Of a stretch of 20,000 nt of DNA, positions 1-10,048 are shown piece by piece; positions within the stretch are counted from its first letter, which is position 1; each line of letters opens with the position of its first letter. Source of the DNA: Rhizaria sp. SCN 62-66 (Eukaryota). The notes beneath the pieces are model-generated. The model saw only the letters and a program-made list of their open reading frames with translations, searched no databases and was not told the origin of the DNA. Both the position numbers and the translations under genes were made by a program. The stretch is taken from positions 45,152 through 65,151 of the forward strand of contig MEDY01000212.1 in assembly GCA_001724265.1 (NCBI GenBank). Reading direction: 5' to 3'.

Positions 1-123
1 CATCTTCAAGTTGACTTTGACGTCCCCTAGAACCAACAACGACTTAAACAAGAGTGATTTACAATACAATAAGACGTAGCTAGCTCAACACCCGCGTTTT
101 CATCCTCTGAACACGTATGTAGA

Positions 124-2026
124 ATGTCTCAAGAGTCTGCTCCAGCAGCAGCAGCAGCAGCAGCAGCTGATTCGAGCGTCCCCAGTCCGTGCAAGCACGA
201 CGAAGCTCGGGACGACGCCAACAAGCAGCTGGCCGTGTGCCCCATTCTGCGCATACCGCGCTTCGACGACTGGCACCTGCACCTGCGCGACGGCGCCGCG
301 CTACCCGAGTACGTCTGGGCGTCTGCGCAGCGGTGCCGGCGAGCGCTGGTAATGCCAAACCTGGCGCCCCCCGTCACCACCACTGCGGCCGCGCTGGCCT
401 ACCGCGCGCGCATCCTCGCCGCGCTCGCCGCCGCCGCCGCGCGCCGCGGGCTGGCCGCTCCGCCGCCCTTCACGCCGCTGATGACGCTCTACTTGACGGA
501 GGCCACGACGGCGGAGGAGATCGCGCTCGCGGCCCGCTCGGGTGCGGTCGTGGCCGCGAAGCTCTACCCCGCCGGCGCCACCACCAACGCGGCCCAGGGA
601 GTGCGGGATATAGCCCGGCTGGACCCCGTGCTGCGCGCAATGGCCCGCGCAGGACTCGTGCTGTGCGTGCACGGTGAAACGACGGACCCGGCCACGGACG
701 TGTTCGATCGGGAGGCGCAGTTCATCGCCACTGTGCTCGTGCCGCTGCTGGCCCGGCACCCGCGGCTGCACGTGGTCATGGAACACGTGACCTCCGCCGC
801 CGCGGTCGCGCTCGTCGACGCTGACACAGTCCCGGCAAACACGCAGACACCAACGCAAACGCATGCAGCGGGCGCTTCAAGTGCCGGCGCAAACGCTGCT
901 TCAAGTTGTTCAAGTGTGCCTATCGCGGGGCGCGTTGCCGCGACGATCACCCCGCAACACATGCTGTTCTCGCGCAACGCGCTGTTCCTGGGCGGCAAGC
1001 TGCGTCCGCACGCCTACTGCCTACCCGTGTACAAGACGGAGCGCGACCGCTGGGCGGTGGCGGGCGCGGCCGCGGGTACCGGGGTCAGGCACCCAGAGCG
1101 GTTCTTCGCCGGGACCGACTCCGCGCCGCACGCAATAGACGCAAAATGTAAGAAAAAGCATACGACTAGCAGTTTTAAGTTGTTATATAGTCAATATCCT
1201 TGTTATATCCCTCAAAAAAATGGTTTCGCCTATCTTTAACCACCCCTCACTTCCCTCACTTGTGCCGCTTGTCTGTCCTCACTCGCGCCCGTAACCAGAG
1301 TGCTCCGCCTGCTGCGCGGGCTGCTATACGGCGCCGGATGCCGCCGCGCTGTACGCGGAGGCCTTTCTGCGCCACGCCGAGGCGCTGCTGCTGGCCGGCG
1401 ACCTCACCGCGGCAGCCACGGTGACCGTGGGCCGGTTGCGCGCCTTCCTGGCGCGGGACGGTGCCGCGTTCTACGCCCGTGCTGCCCGCGCGGCCAGAGC
1501 GGCCGCGGAGGGGACGGCAACGGAGGGCAACCCTGCTGGCGATGACAACCGCTCCAGCAGTGGCAGTGGCAGTGCGGGGGGCGCGGACCCCGCGCTGTTG
1601 GCCGCACTCGACTTGCCGCAGCACAGCACCGCGACGGCGACTGAGAACAATGACAGCAGAGACAGCAACGACGACAGCAGCGACGGGCTGGTGTTGCTGC
1701 ACTGCCGCTGCGACTGCTGCTGCTGCGGCAACGGCGGCGGAGGCGGCGGCGGCGGCCCGCGCGGGTGCCCCGCAGGCGCCCCGGGCTGCTGTCTCACGCG
1801 GGCCAACAACGAGCAGGCGCAGGCTCTACAACTGCAACAGCAGCAGCAAAGTGACTACAACGACGATGCGGCGGCGGTGACAGTGCGGATGGCGGCGGCA
1901 ATGGCGGTGCGCCTGCGGTGGACACACGCCGCACACGTCACAGAGTGCGCAGAAGGCAGAAAGGTCTCCGAGTGCACAGAAGTAACTCTCGGGAGCAGCG
2001 GCGTTAGCAGCGTTGGTAAGCAGTGA
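124..2026 (+). CDS. URA4: Class II (E. coli PyrC / fungal URA4 / plant-type) dihydroorotase. Exons 124-1147 and 1299-2026; ~583 aa if the TAG at the splice junction (codon 342) is read as sense; ends TGA
   Basis: Exon 1 has DWHLHLRDG, VMPNL, AKLYPAGATTN (carbamylated Lys), VHGE, MEHVT, ATITPQH, YCLPVYK and GTDSAPH. After the intron the frame starting at 1301 gives CSACCAGCYTAPDAAALYAEAF...LRAFLARDGAAFY, matching E. coli [22 protein letters not shown]...FEAFCSVNGPQFY, and joins ORF 1421..2026. Confidence 0.93.
1148..1298 (+). other. Spliceosomal intron (151 nt, phase 1) in dihydroorotase
   Basis: Donor GTAAGA at 1148, an abrupt AT-rich interior, a pyrimidine tract at ~1230-1290 and acceptor CAG at 1296-1298. 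An in-frame TAA at 1292 excludes upstream acceptors; using AG 1299-1300 would shift the frame. Confidence 0.85.
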
Positions 2027-2376
2027 GTCGGCCGCGATAGCAAGCACTTGCGAGATGAGCGTCGAGCTCTGCGCAGCGTGCAAACACGGTGAGTCACACA
2101 CCCGCACGGACGGCATCGACAAGGACAATCCTGCGGGAATTGCAGTCAAAGCATGGCCATGTGAACTTCATGAAAAATGACATTTTTTCGAACGACTAAT
2201 GTATCAAAATTGTTAATCAACACCAAAATACAGAGCAAAATAACCAAGGTTTCAGAAAACTAAGGATCGAATATACGAACAGCGTCTGTGCCGGTGACAG
2301 CGAGAGCGACGTTGGCATAGTGCGAGAGATTGCTCACCACCGCAAAGCCCCCGCGCTGGTCTGCGTCGTCACGTCA

Positions 2377-2901
2377 TCAGAACGCCTTCTTGCGCGACTG
2401 CTCCTCCGACCGCGCCTGCGCATACTGCGTCTGCGCAGACTGGGTCGGCGACTGCGCAGGTGACTGCGGCGGCGAGGAGGGCACGTAAACGTCGCGGGCG
2501 GGCATTGGGGCCGCCCCATGCGGCCTCGCACGCACCGCGTCCTCGATCTGCCCCGCGCGCTGCCGCACCGCGCCCGCCGCCGCCTGTGGGGACTTGCTAC
2601 CGCCGCTGCCGCTGCTGCCACCGCTGCCGCTGCTGCCGCTGGAGAGGCCAACGACGTGGAGGATGAAGAGGACGGTGCGGCCAAGGTAGCCGAAGAACTC
2701 GACGCGGAACCGCTCACTGTTGACGGGAAGTGCAGAAAAAAGCGTGATAAACGATGTCGTGATGAGAGTGTCGTTCGCTATATGTGTCAGAGACGTCGAT
2801 AAGAAGCGTGAAGTAAGAGTTGGGAGCATGATTGAGATGAGAGGGACGTACGAAAGGACGATGGCGGCGACAAGCGCCACGATAAAGAGCAGCACAAACA
2901 T
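2377..2901 (-). CDS. Small hypothetical protein (~129 aa) with an N-terminal signal peptide or TM segment, a second hydrophobic stretch and a Ser/Gly/Pro/Gln-rich tail. Exons 2901-2852 and 2716-2377; ends TGA
   Basis: MFVLLFIVALVAAIVLS|ERFRVEFFGYLGRTVLFILHVVGL... Exon 2 is GC-rich with coding-like codon use. Donor GTACGT at 2851 and pyrimidine tract plus CAG at 2719-2717 preserve the frame. No family recognised. Confidence 0.6.
   Translation of the reverse strand: MFVLLFIVALVAAIVLSYVPLISIMLPTLTSRFLSTSLTHIANDTLITTSFITLFSALPVNSERFRVEFFGYLGRTVLFILHVVGLSSGSSGSGGSSGSGGSKSPQAAAGAVRQRAGQIEDAVRARPHGAAPMPARDVYVPSSPPQSPAQSPTQSAQTQYAQARSEEQSRKKAF
2717..2851 (-). other. Putative spliceosomal intron (135 nt, 3n, stop-free in frame)
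   Basis: GTACGT donor (the same hexamer as the 17119 intron) and TTTTTTCTGCACTTCCCGTCAACAG acceptor. Because it is 3n and stop-free, the ORF track reads through it. Confidence 0.6.
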
Positions 2902-3748
2902 GGGCCAGTGCAACTCAAGCAATGCTAACTTCAACGAGTCTGTTGCTGCTAAACAGCAAGCAAATGAGAGGTGGAGTGAGAACAAGGACGAGATTGCAAG
3001 AGAATATTAGCACGCAGAAAAACGGGGTGAAACTTCGGCGGGAATTTTACAGGGTTACCGGACACTGCAGAAGATATAAAATCATGAACAAAATGGTGCG
3101 ATCGTAAATCGTATGGGAGTTTCCAAATCACGACTATTTAATGTCCAAACAGGCGAGAAATCTCAGCACTAATCCCCCTTTTTTAGCGGACTGGGGTTGC
3201 TCCGAAGAGGAATTGCGTGCAGTGTGCGATTGTATGCAGCAAATCGGTCGTCAAAGAGTCTGAAACTCATTTCGTTATTATTGAACGTACCTTCTCTGTA
3301 TTATATTTTTGAGAATGTTTCTCAATTTCTTGGCTGCATGCACTCTCGCCCCTAGCTCGACTGCGCTTCGAAGCGCTTAAAACAAAGGGTCATATCCCGC
3401 TCTCTACCAACATTGCCAAGTATTTGTTGTCCACCGCGCAGTTTTAGTATTTTTTATTTTCACCTGTTTCCTACTGCGAGTTTGTTTCACGCTGAACTCA
3501 CACCGCGACGACATATTACTGCGTTCGTCGCGCCGACAACGCAATCCTGTTCAGCAATGTCACGCACGCATAACTCAACAGACTTTGCAGCAGCCTAAAC
3601 AAATCATCATCGTATAGCTTCAACTACTGCTGTTGATGCTGTCGTTCCGAATGTACCGCGTGCCAAGTAGTTTCGGCCCCTCTCCAACAACAGCTTTACT
3701 AGTTTCATCGGCGACAACATGTGACAACGACGACAGTGACAGACAGCA

Positions 3749-4095
3749 ATGACGGCTCTCACGACGGAAGCGACAAGTGTATGTATGCCTTGGGGTCTCA
3801 AGTTAGCACTAGTAACAAACAGCCTCACTCCGCACATGCGCACGCACACGGGCGAGAAGCCCTATTTGTGCTCTTATGAAGGTTGTGGTAGTAGGTTCAC
3901 TATGAAGGGCTACCTTTACGTACACACCCGCACGCTCACGGACGAGAAGCTTTATCAGTGCGAGCGATGCCAGTTGTGATTTGGCCTGTTAGAGTTGGCC
4001 AACATCAGCACCTTAAGCGCCACATGATGCGGATTCACAAACTCGCCAGTAGCGCTGCCGCTGGCGCTGACTCTGACTCTTGTGAGCTCTTGTGA
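3749..4095 (+). pseudogene. Decayed C2H2 (Kruppel-type) zinc-finger gene remnant with about three fingers
   Basis: [50 protein letters not shown], then QHQHLKRHMMRIH in another frame. Lesions: the last His of finger 2 is Leu, the linker is TDEKLY, there is a TGA at 3977-3979, a 14-nt frameshifting insertion at 3986-3999, and several stops upstream in frame. Confidence 0.8.
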
Positions 4096-5115
4096 GCTCT
4101 GTGACTTACCACCGTCGTTGCAGTGGTTGTCCAAAGCCTCCACAAGTTTGCAACGCACATGTTGTTGATGTTCGCGCTTTACACGTCCGATTGGCTTCGC
4201 TCGCTATGCTCTTGCGAAGATATATAGCTTCTACTGGAATAATAAATATGTCCATGGTTAATTTCACCGTTAAAAGGTGTATCAACTTTAAAATTAGCGC
4301 TACAACAAGAGATTGTACTTCGTTTTATCTTGTTTTATCCAAAACTCCCCGTCCAAATGCGTTTGTGGTTTAAAAGTTTTCTGGTGACTGGTGACTGTGA
4401 TCAGCCCGATCGCGATTCGATCGACTCGCAGTGAGAATGTGGTCGGCGAAAACGGAGTATTGGCGCTGTACCGGATCGACACGGCGGTTCAATTTCAATT
4501 TTCCAACTAGAATAGTTGCTTTACTACTCAACTGTAATTTATTTCTTGTGCGGCGCTATGTGCTGTCTGCGCTGGACAACCGGATGTTAAGCGATGATGG
4601 CAACACGGTGGATGCGTTCAAACCGCCCCTTGACCGCGCCCGCCGCATCCCTATTCTCCAGCGCAGCTACTCATCCTTGTGCAGCGTTGCCACCGCGCGT
4701 ATGCACCTCTCGCGCAAGTTTGTGGCTGTTTGCGTCTGATGCACACGCCACGGCACTTGTCCGGAGTCGCTGGAGAGGTGGCTCTGCCACCCCCTGTCCT
4801 TCTCCCCTCGCCAGGTGGCCGCAACGCATACTAGACGCCGTGAAATCGCGTTTGATAGCCGCGTTTCATTTTTCTTGTCGCGAATCGCTCTCTTAATTAT
4901 TCCTGTCAGCTGTTTTTACTTCTAATCTCTCAAAACTCACGCACATATCCTCACAATTCTCCTCTCTTCTTCCCTTCCCTCTTAACTTTTAAAATTCAAA
5001 CAGCCTCTTTCTTTTTCGACAACAAGGCCCACCAAGCTTTGTTGCTGTTTCTTCTCCTCCGCCCCCCGCGTTGCCCGCTCACCACGCCCTGCGCGCCCCC
5101 GCCGGAGCCCCGCCG

Positions 5116-8100
5116 ATGAGCCGCCCCGCGTCCGCGTCGTCCGCTGCGGCCGACGCCCGCGACCGCGTACGCTCGCTCATGGTCGCCGACGACCTGCCCG
5201 CCTACCACCTCTCCATCGCCTCCATCGAGCTGGGACTGGGCGTCTCCGTCAAGCGCGGTCTCAGCGCCGAGCAGGTCGCCACGAACCGGCTCAAGTACGG
5301 CTCCAACCGTCTGCGCGAGCCCAAACAGCTTCACCCGGTGCTCATGTTCCTCAAGCACATGGTCAACCCGATCACCTTCATCCTCTACTGCGTCTTCATC
5401 ATCCAGGTACGAGTCCACCAATGTTGTTGCCTATAATATATGTTCATTATATTTATATGTATTTTTGCTATCTTACTATATCATCACGCTTTTATTTTAA
5501 ATAGCCCTCTCTCCTCATGATCTCCCCGCAATATATCCTCTTGTGCTGCTCCTCACTACCAGGCCGTGTCCAACGAATGGATCGACGCAGGCGTGGTGAT
5601 GTTCCTCATCGTCGCCAACGCGATCCTGGGCTTTGTCCAGGAGCTTAAGTCGGTGATGTCGCTCGCGGCGCTGCAGTCGATGTCGTCGCCCGTGGCCACA
5701 GTAATGCGCGACGGCGCGTCGATGGCCGTGGACATCAACGACATCGTCGTCGGCGACGTCGTGCTGCTCAAGCAGGGCGACCAGGTCCCCGCCGACCTCC
5801 GCGTCGCGCAGGCGCTCAACCTCGAGGTCGACGAAGCGCTGCTGACGGGCGAGTCGGTGCCGATCTTCAAGCACACGGACCCACTGCCGCTGCCCAAGCA
5901 GGAGCGCGCCGACCTCATCGTCTCGGTCGCGCTCGGCGACCGTAGCAACATGGCCTTCCGGCAGACCACGGTCGTGGCCGGCACGGGTGTGGGCGTCGTC
6001 GTCGCGGTCGGCGAGGCCACCAAGGTGGGCCAGCTCTCGGAGCGGCTCCTCAGCGCGGGCAACCCCAAGACGCCGCTGGAGCGCAAGATGGCCATCTTCA
6101 TGTACTCGGTCTTCGGCATGGCCATCATCCTCGCCATCATCATCTTCGGCGTCACCGGCTTCACCTTCGAGCACGACACGATCGTCTACGCCTCGGCCAC
6201 CGGCATCGCGATCCTGCCCGAAAGTCTCATCGCCGTCGTCACCGTCACGCTCTCGCTGGCGACGTCGCGCATGGCGGCCCGCAAGGCCATCGTGCGCAAG
6301 ATGGGCGCCGTCGAGATCCTCGGCAACGTCACCAACATCTGCTCCGACAAGACCGGCACGCTCACGGAGGGCAAGATGGTCGTCAAGCGCTTCTGGCCCG
6401 TCGGCTCCAAGTACATCTACCACGTCACGGGTGGCACCATGGACGCCACCGGCGGCTTCGGCCTCGAGCACGACCCCACGGACCCAGACGCGCCGCCCGT
6501 CGAGCCGGGCCGCCGCTCCTCGCGCGCCGCCTCCCGGGCCTCGCGCGCGGGCACACGCGCCTCGCGCGCCGCCTCGGGCACCGGCGCCGCCTCTGTCGGC
6601 TCTATTGGTGGGACTGTCTCCGGCCGCCCCAGCACGGCCACGGGCGAGTCGCGGCGCTTCCGCGCGCCGTCGTACGCGCACACGGTGGCCAAGGTCTCGC
6701 AGGGGCTGCCCGAGTCTGACTTCTCGGCGGTGCAGAAGGCGGCCGAGGAGCTAGCGCTGGTCTGCGCGATGTGCAACAACACGCAGCTGCAGCACGACGA
6801 GGAGGAGGACAAGCTCATCGGCACCGGCAACCCCACGGAGCTGGCGCTGCAGGTGCTCGCGTACAAGCTGCAGAGGTCCCCTTACTACTTCGAGGAGGAC
6901 GAGGGCTGGCTAAAGTGCGGCCAGTGGGCCTTCGACTCGGGCGTCAAGTGCATGTCGGTCGGCCTCGTGCGCGACGCCGAGCTCAAGGAGGAGGACGAGG
7001 CCTCGGGCCGTGAGGACGGCGACAACTCGCTCGAGTGCAAGGTGCTGCTCAAGGGCGCGCCCGAGGCCGTGCTGCCCAAGTGCCCAGGCGCCAACGTCGA
7101 CGAAGTCATGGCCAAGGTCGCTCACCTTGCCGGCCAGGGCTACCGCGTGCTGGCCTGCGCCGCGCGCGACGACCTCAGGCTGGCCGACCGCGACGGCGCG
7201 CGTCTGCATGACATCGACCGGCACCTGGCCGAGTCCAACATGCGCTTCGTGGGGCTTGTCGTGGTGTACGACCCGCCGCGCGAGGAGTCGTACGTGGCCG
7301 TGCGCAAGTGCAAGGAGGCGGGCGTGACGTTCCACATGGTGACGGGCGACCACCACGGCACGGCCGAGGCGATCGCGCGCAAGCTGGGCATCCTGGAGGA
7401 CCACCAGGGCCGCGACCGCGTCACCACGGGGCCAGTGTTCGATGCCATGACGGAGGAGATGATCGACCTGATGGAGGAGCTGCCGCTGGTTATCGCACGC
7501 TGCTCGCCCGAGAGCAAGGTCAAGATGGTCGAGGCGCTGCACAGGCGCCGCCGCATCGTGGCCATGACCGGCGACGGCATCAATGACGCGCCCGCGATCA
7601 AGATCGCCGACGTGGGCGCTTGCATGGGCATCGCGGGCACGGACGTCACCAAGGGCGCCGCCGACATCGTGCTGGCCGACGACAATATCGCGACGCTGGT
7701 CAACGCCGTCGAAGAGGGCCGCCACGTCGCCGCCTCGATCCGCAAGTTCATCGTGCACCTGCTTACGTCCAACATCGCCGAAGTGATCGTGCTCATGATC
7801 GGGCTCGCGCTGCGCGACGACAACAACGAGGTCGTTTTCCCGCTCTCCCCGCTGCAGATCCTCTGGGTCAACATGTTCACGTCGACACCCCCCGCCATCG
7901 GTCTGTCGCTGGACGAGAAGAACCCTGCGCTGATGCAGCAGCCGCCGGACCACCGGCCTCTCTTTTCGCTCGAGGTCATGACGGACCAGTTCATCTACGG
8001 CATCATTCTCGGCGGCCTCACCTTCGGCGGCTACCTCGTCGTTATCTTCGGCTTCGGCGATGGCGAGCTGGGCACCCACTGCAACAAGACCTCCGGCGAG

Positions 8101-8535
8101 CACACGTGCCACCTGGTGTGGACGGCGCGCACGACGGCCTTCGCGACGCTCAACACGCTACTGCTCTTCCACGGCTACGTGTGCCGCGATCCGCGGCAGA
8201 GCGTGTTCGCGCGCTCCTGGCTCAGCAACAAGGTGCTCCTGTGGTCTCTCATCGTGGGCTTCGCGCTGCTCATGCCCGTCATCTACATCCCGGGCGTCGC
8301 GCGCACGCTCTTCCGCCACGCCTACATCTCCTGGGAGTGGGTCATCGTGCTCGTCTGCATCGTCCTGCACCTGCTGCTCACCGATCTGTACAAGTTCGTC
8401 AAGCGCCAGCTCTACGGCGAGAACCACTGGGAGGCCGACGGCGGCCGCGCCAGCGCCGGCATCAAGGGCGGCAGCCGCGGCGCGCGCACCGTCATCACCG
8501 AGGACGGCGGCCGCATCGAAATGATTCCCGTCTAA
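5116..8535 (+). CDS. ENA1: P-type ATPase, type IID (ENA, Na+/K+ efflux). Exons 5116-5406 and 5563-8535; ~1087 aa; ends TAA
   Basis: GLSAEQV...YGSNRL, LEVDEALLTGES, LPESL, ICSDKTGTLTEGKM (phospho-Asp; ENA-type GKM), GNPTE, FDSGVKCMS, KGAPE, MVTGDH, LPLVIARCSPESKVKMVEALHRR, AMTGDGINDAP, FPLSPLQILWVNMFTSTPPAIGLSLD. The LPLVIARCSP...ALHRR segment is characteristic of yeast ENA1 and relatives. The start could alternatively be ATG 5179. Confidence 0.92.
5407..5562 (+). other. Spliceosomal intron (156 nt, phase 0) in the ENA ATPase
   Basis: CAG|GTACGA donor, AT-rich interior, pyrimidine tract and CAG|GCC acceptor. Splicing joins ...YCVFIIQ to AVSNEWIDAGVV..., the expected TM1-TM2 region. Confidence 0.92.
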
Positions 8536-10048
8536 GGCCACGTCCGAGTCCAAATCGAAGTCTAAGTCTAAGGGCCTCGCGCCGCAGTTTAAGTACCCAG
8601 ACGACGAATCGAGTCTGAGTGCTTCTCGCTTTCTTGTCGTGTTTTGGTGCTTAGTTGCTTTGTATTTTATTGTGATGTATGGTGTATTTTTATTGTTTGT
8701 TTGTGTTTTTTTTCGATTTCGTTTTTCAACGTTATGTTCTGGTTTAGATTTCGTTTTGATGCTTGTTTGTGACGATGATGGGGGAAAGACAGTCTGAAAA
8801 CCCTCGATCGAGGTGAGAATGCAAGCGTATCATGTGTGAGTGCAAAATACTGTGTGCGTGTGAGTATAAGTGTGATTGTGTGCGATGTTATGAGCTTTTT
8901 TTAAGCTTTATCTTGAATCTGGCACGGCAGTTTTTGTGTCTTCTTTCTTCCTTTGTTCTTTTCATTCATTACGTACGTACGTCTGTGTTGACTTTTCAGC
9001 TCTTTTTGTGATTTGCCAACGTGTGCTAGCCAACTTTCCTTCCCTTTGCGCCTCCGTGAAAGCCAATAACTTCGCACAATTTATACGAAACGAGAAACAA
9101 TCATTCTAACAACAACTGTAACAATGTGCCCATTGAAATAGCTGGCATAGTAACACTGCCGTTACTGCTGTGCTTTCTGCCCGCAGTCGTTCACAATTGT
9201 TGGGATTGCAGTCAGCTTAGAACAAAGTTTCTGTAGTTGTTTCTGCATCTCATTCGTTTTTGAACACTTTCCTCGCGCCTTCACATTAACCCGCACACAC
9301 CTGCGCACGCACTCATGTATACGCTCCGTTTTACGCTCGCACTTGTTTGCTGTCGCTGCTGTTGATAATGCTAATGGTGATAATGTTGTTTGTGCTAATC
9401 GTGCTCGTTGTCTTGTAAAATCTCGAAGTGCTACTGCTGATCTTGCTTTAGTTCATTGAACTCTTCGTGTTTCATATTTCAAACGACTCAGCTATGACTT
9501 ATAGTTAATCCTAATAATGATTACTACAACTAACAATATTACTGCTATATAACGTGGATAAATACAAATTTGCTTTGCTTTTATTCTTTGAATAACATTA
9601 CAGTTGCAACAAGACGTCACACTCAGTCACAGTATCGATGTGAGAGCAGTTGGCGTTTGCAAAAAAAGATCTAGATAGAATCCGAAATTTGTTCTAAGTA
9701 ATCGTTGTGATTGTGCGCTAATAAATCACATTAACGCACAATATGTCTGTACCTGAGCGTTTTGAGATGGGCACCCTACGGGCACCGGAAGCTTCTCTTC
9801 TTATCGCGATTCGTTTAATTTAGATGAGACAGTTCAAAGTTACAGTACTTCAGTGTTAAACTAATATAAAAAGACAACGCGGTGTCTATCCAGTCATAAG
9901 CCTTAGGGTGCCCATCTCAAAACGCACAGGTACAATCTATTGCAGTCGCATAGGCAACCCCATGAAAAGCTGTGTTGTTGACACAGCGGTTGTCGTTGCT
10001 GCTGTAGCTCTTGTAGCTCTGCGCACAGGCACAGCCTCAGAAGCTGTC

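Noticed and set aside
1148-1239. C-terminal CKKKHTTSSFKLLY...GFAYL of ORF 124..1239 as the real end of dihydroorotase
   Set aside because: It is read-through into an AT-rich intron; conserved sequence resumes at 1299.
3977-3979. In-frame TGA in the zinc finger as evidence for UGA reassignment or selenocysteine
   Set aside because: It falls at a non-Cys position in a locus with a frameshift and a lost His ligand, is consistent with CGA>TGA decay, and TGA terminates four intact genes here.
5515-8618. Long antisense and alternate-frame ORFs over the ATPase (e.g. 5515..6681, 6910..8112, 7620..8618)
   Set aside because: Shadow ORFs expected from strong GC3 bias; they contain no recognisable motifs.
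8536-9900. Long spacer searched for tRNA (especially anticodon CTA) or other ncRNA genes
   Set aside because: No cloverleaf or convincing A/B-box pair seen by eye; it looks like T-rich 3' UTR and intergenic DNA. tRNAscan-SE or Infernal would be needed to exclude this.
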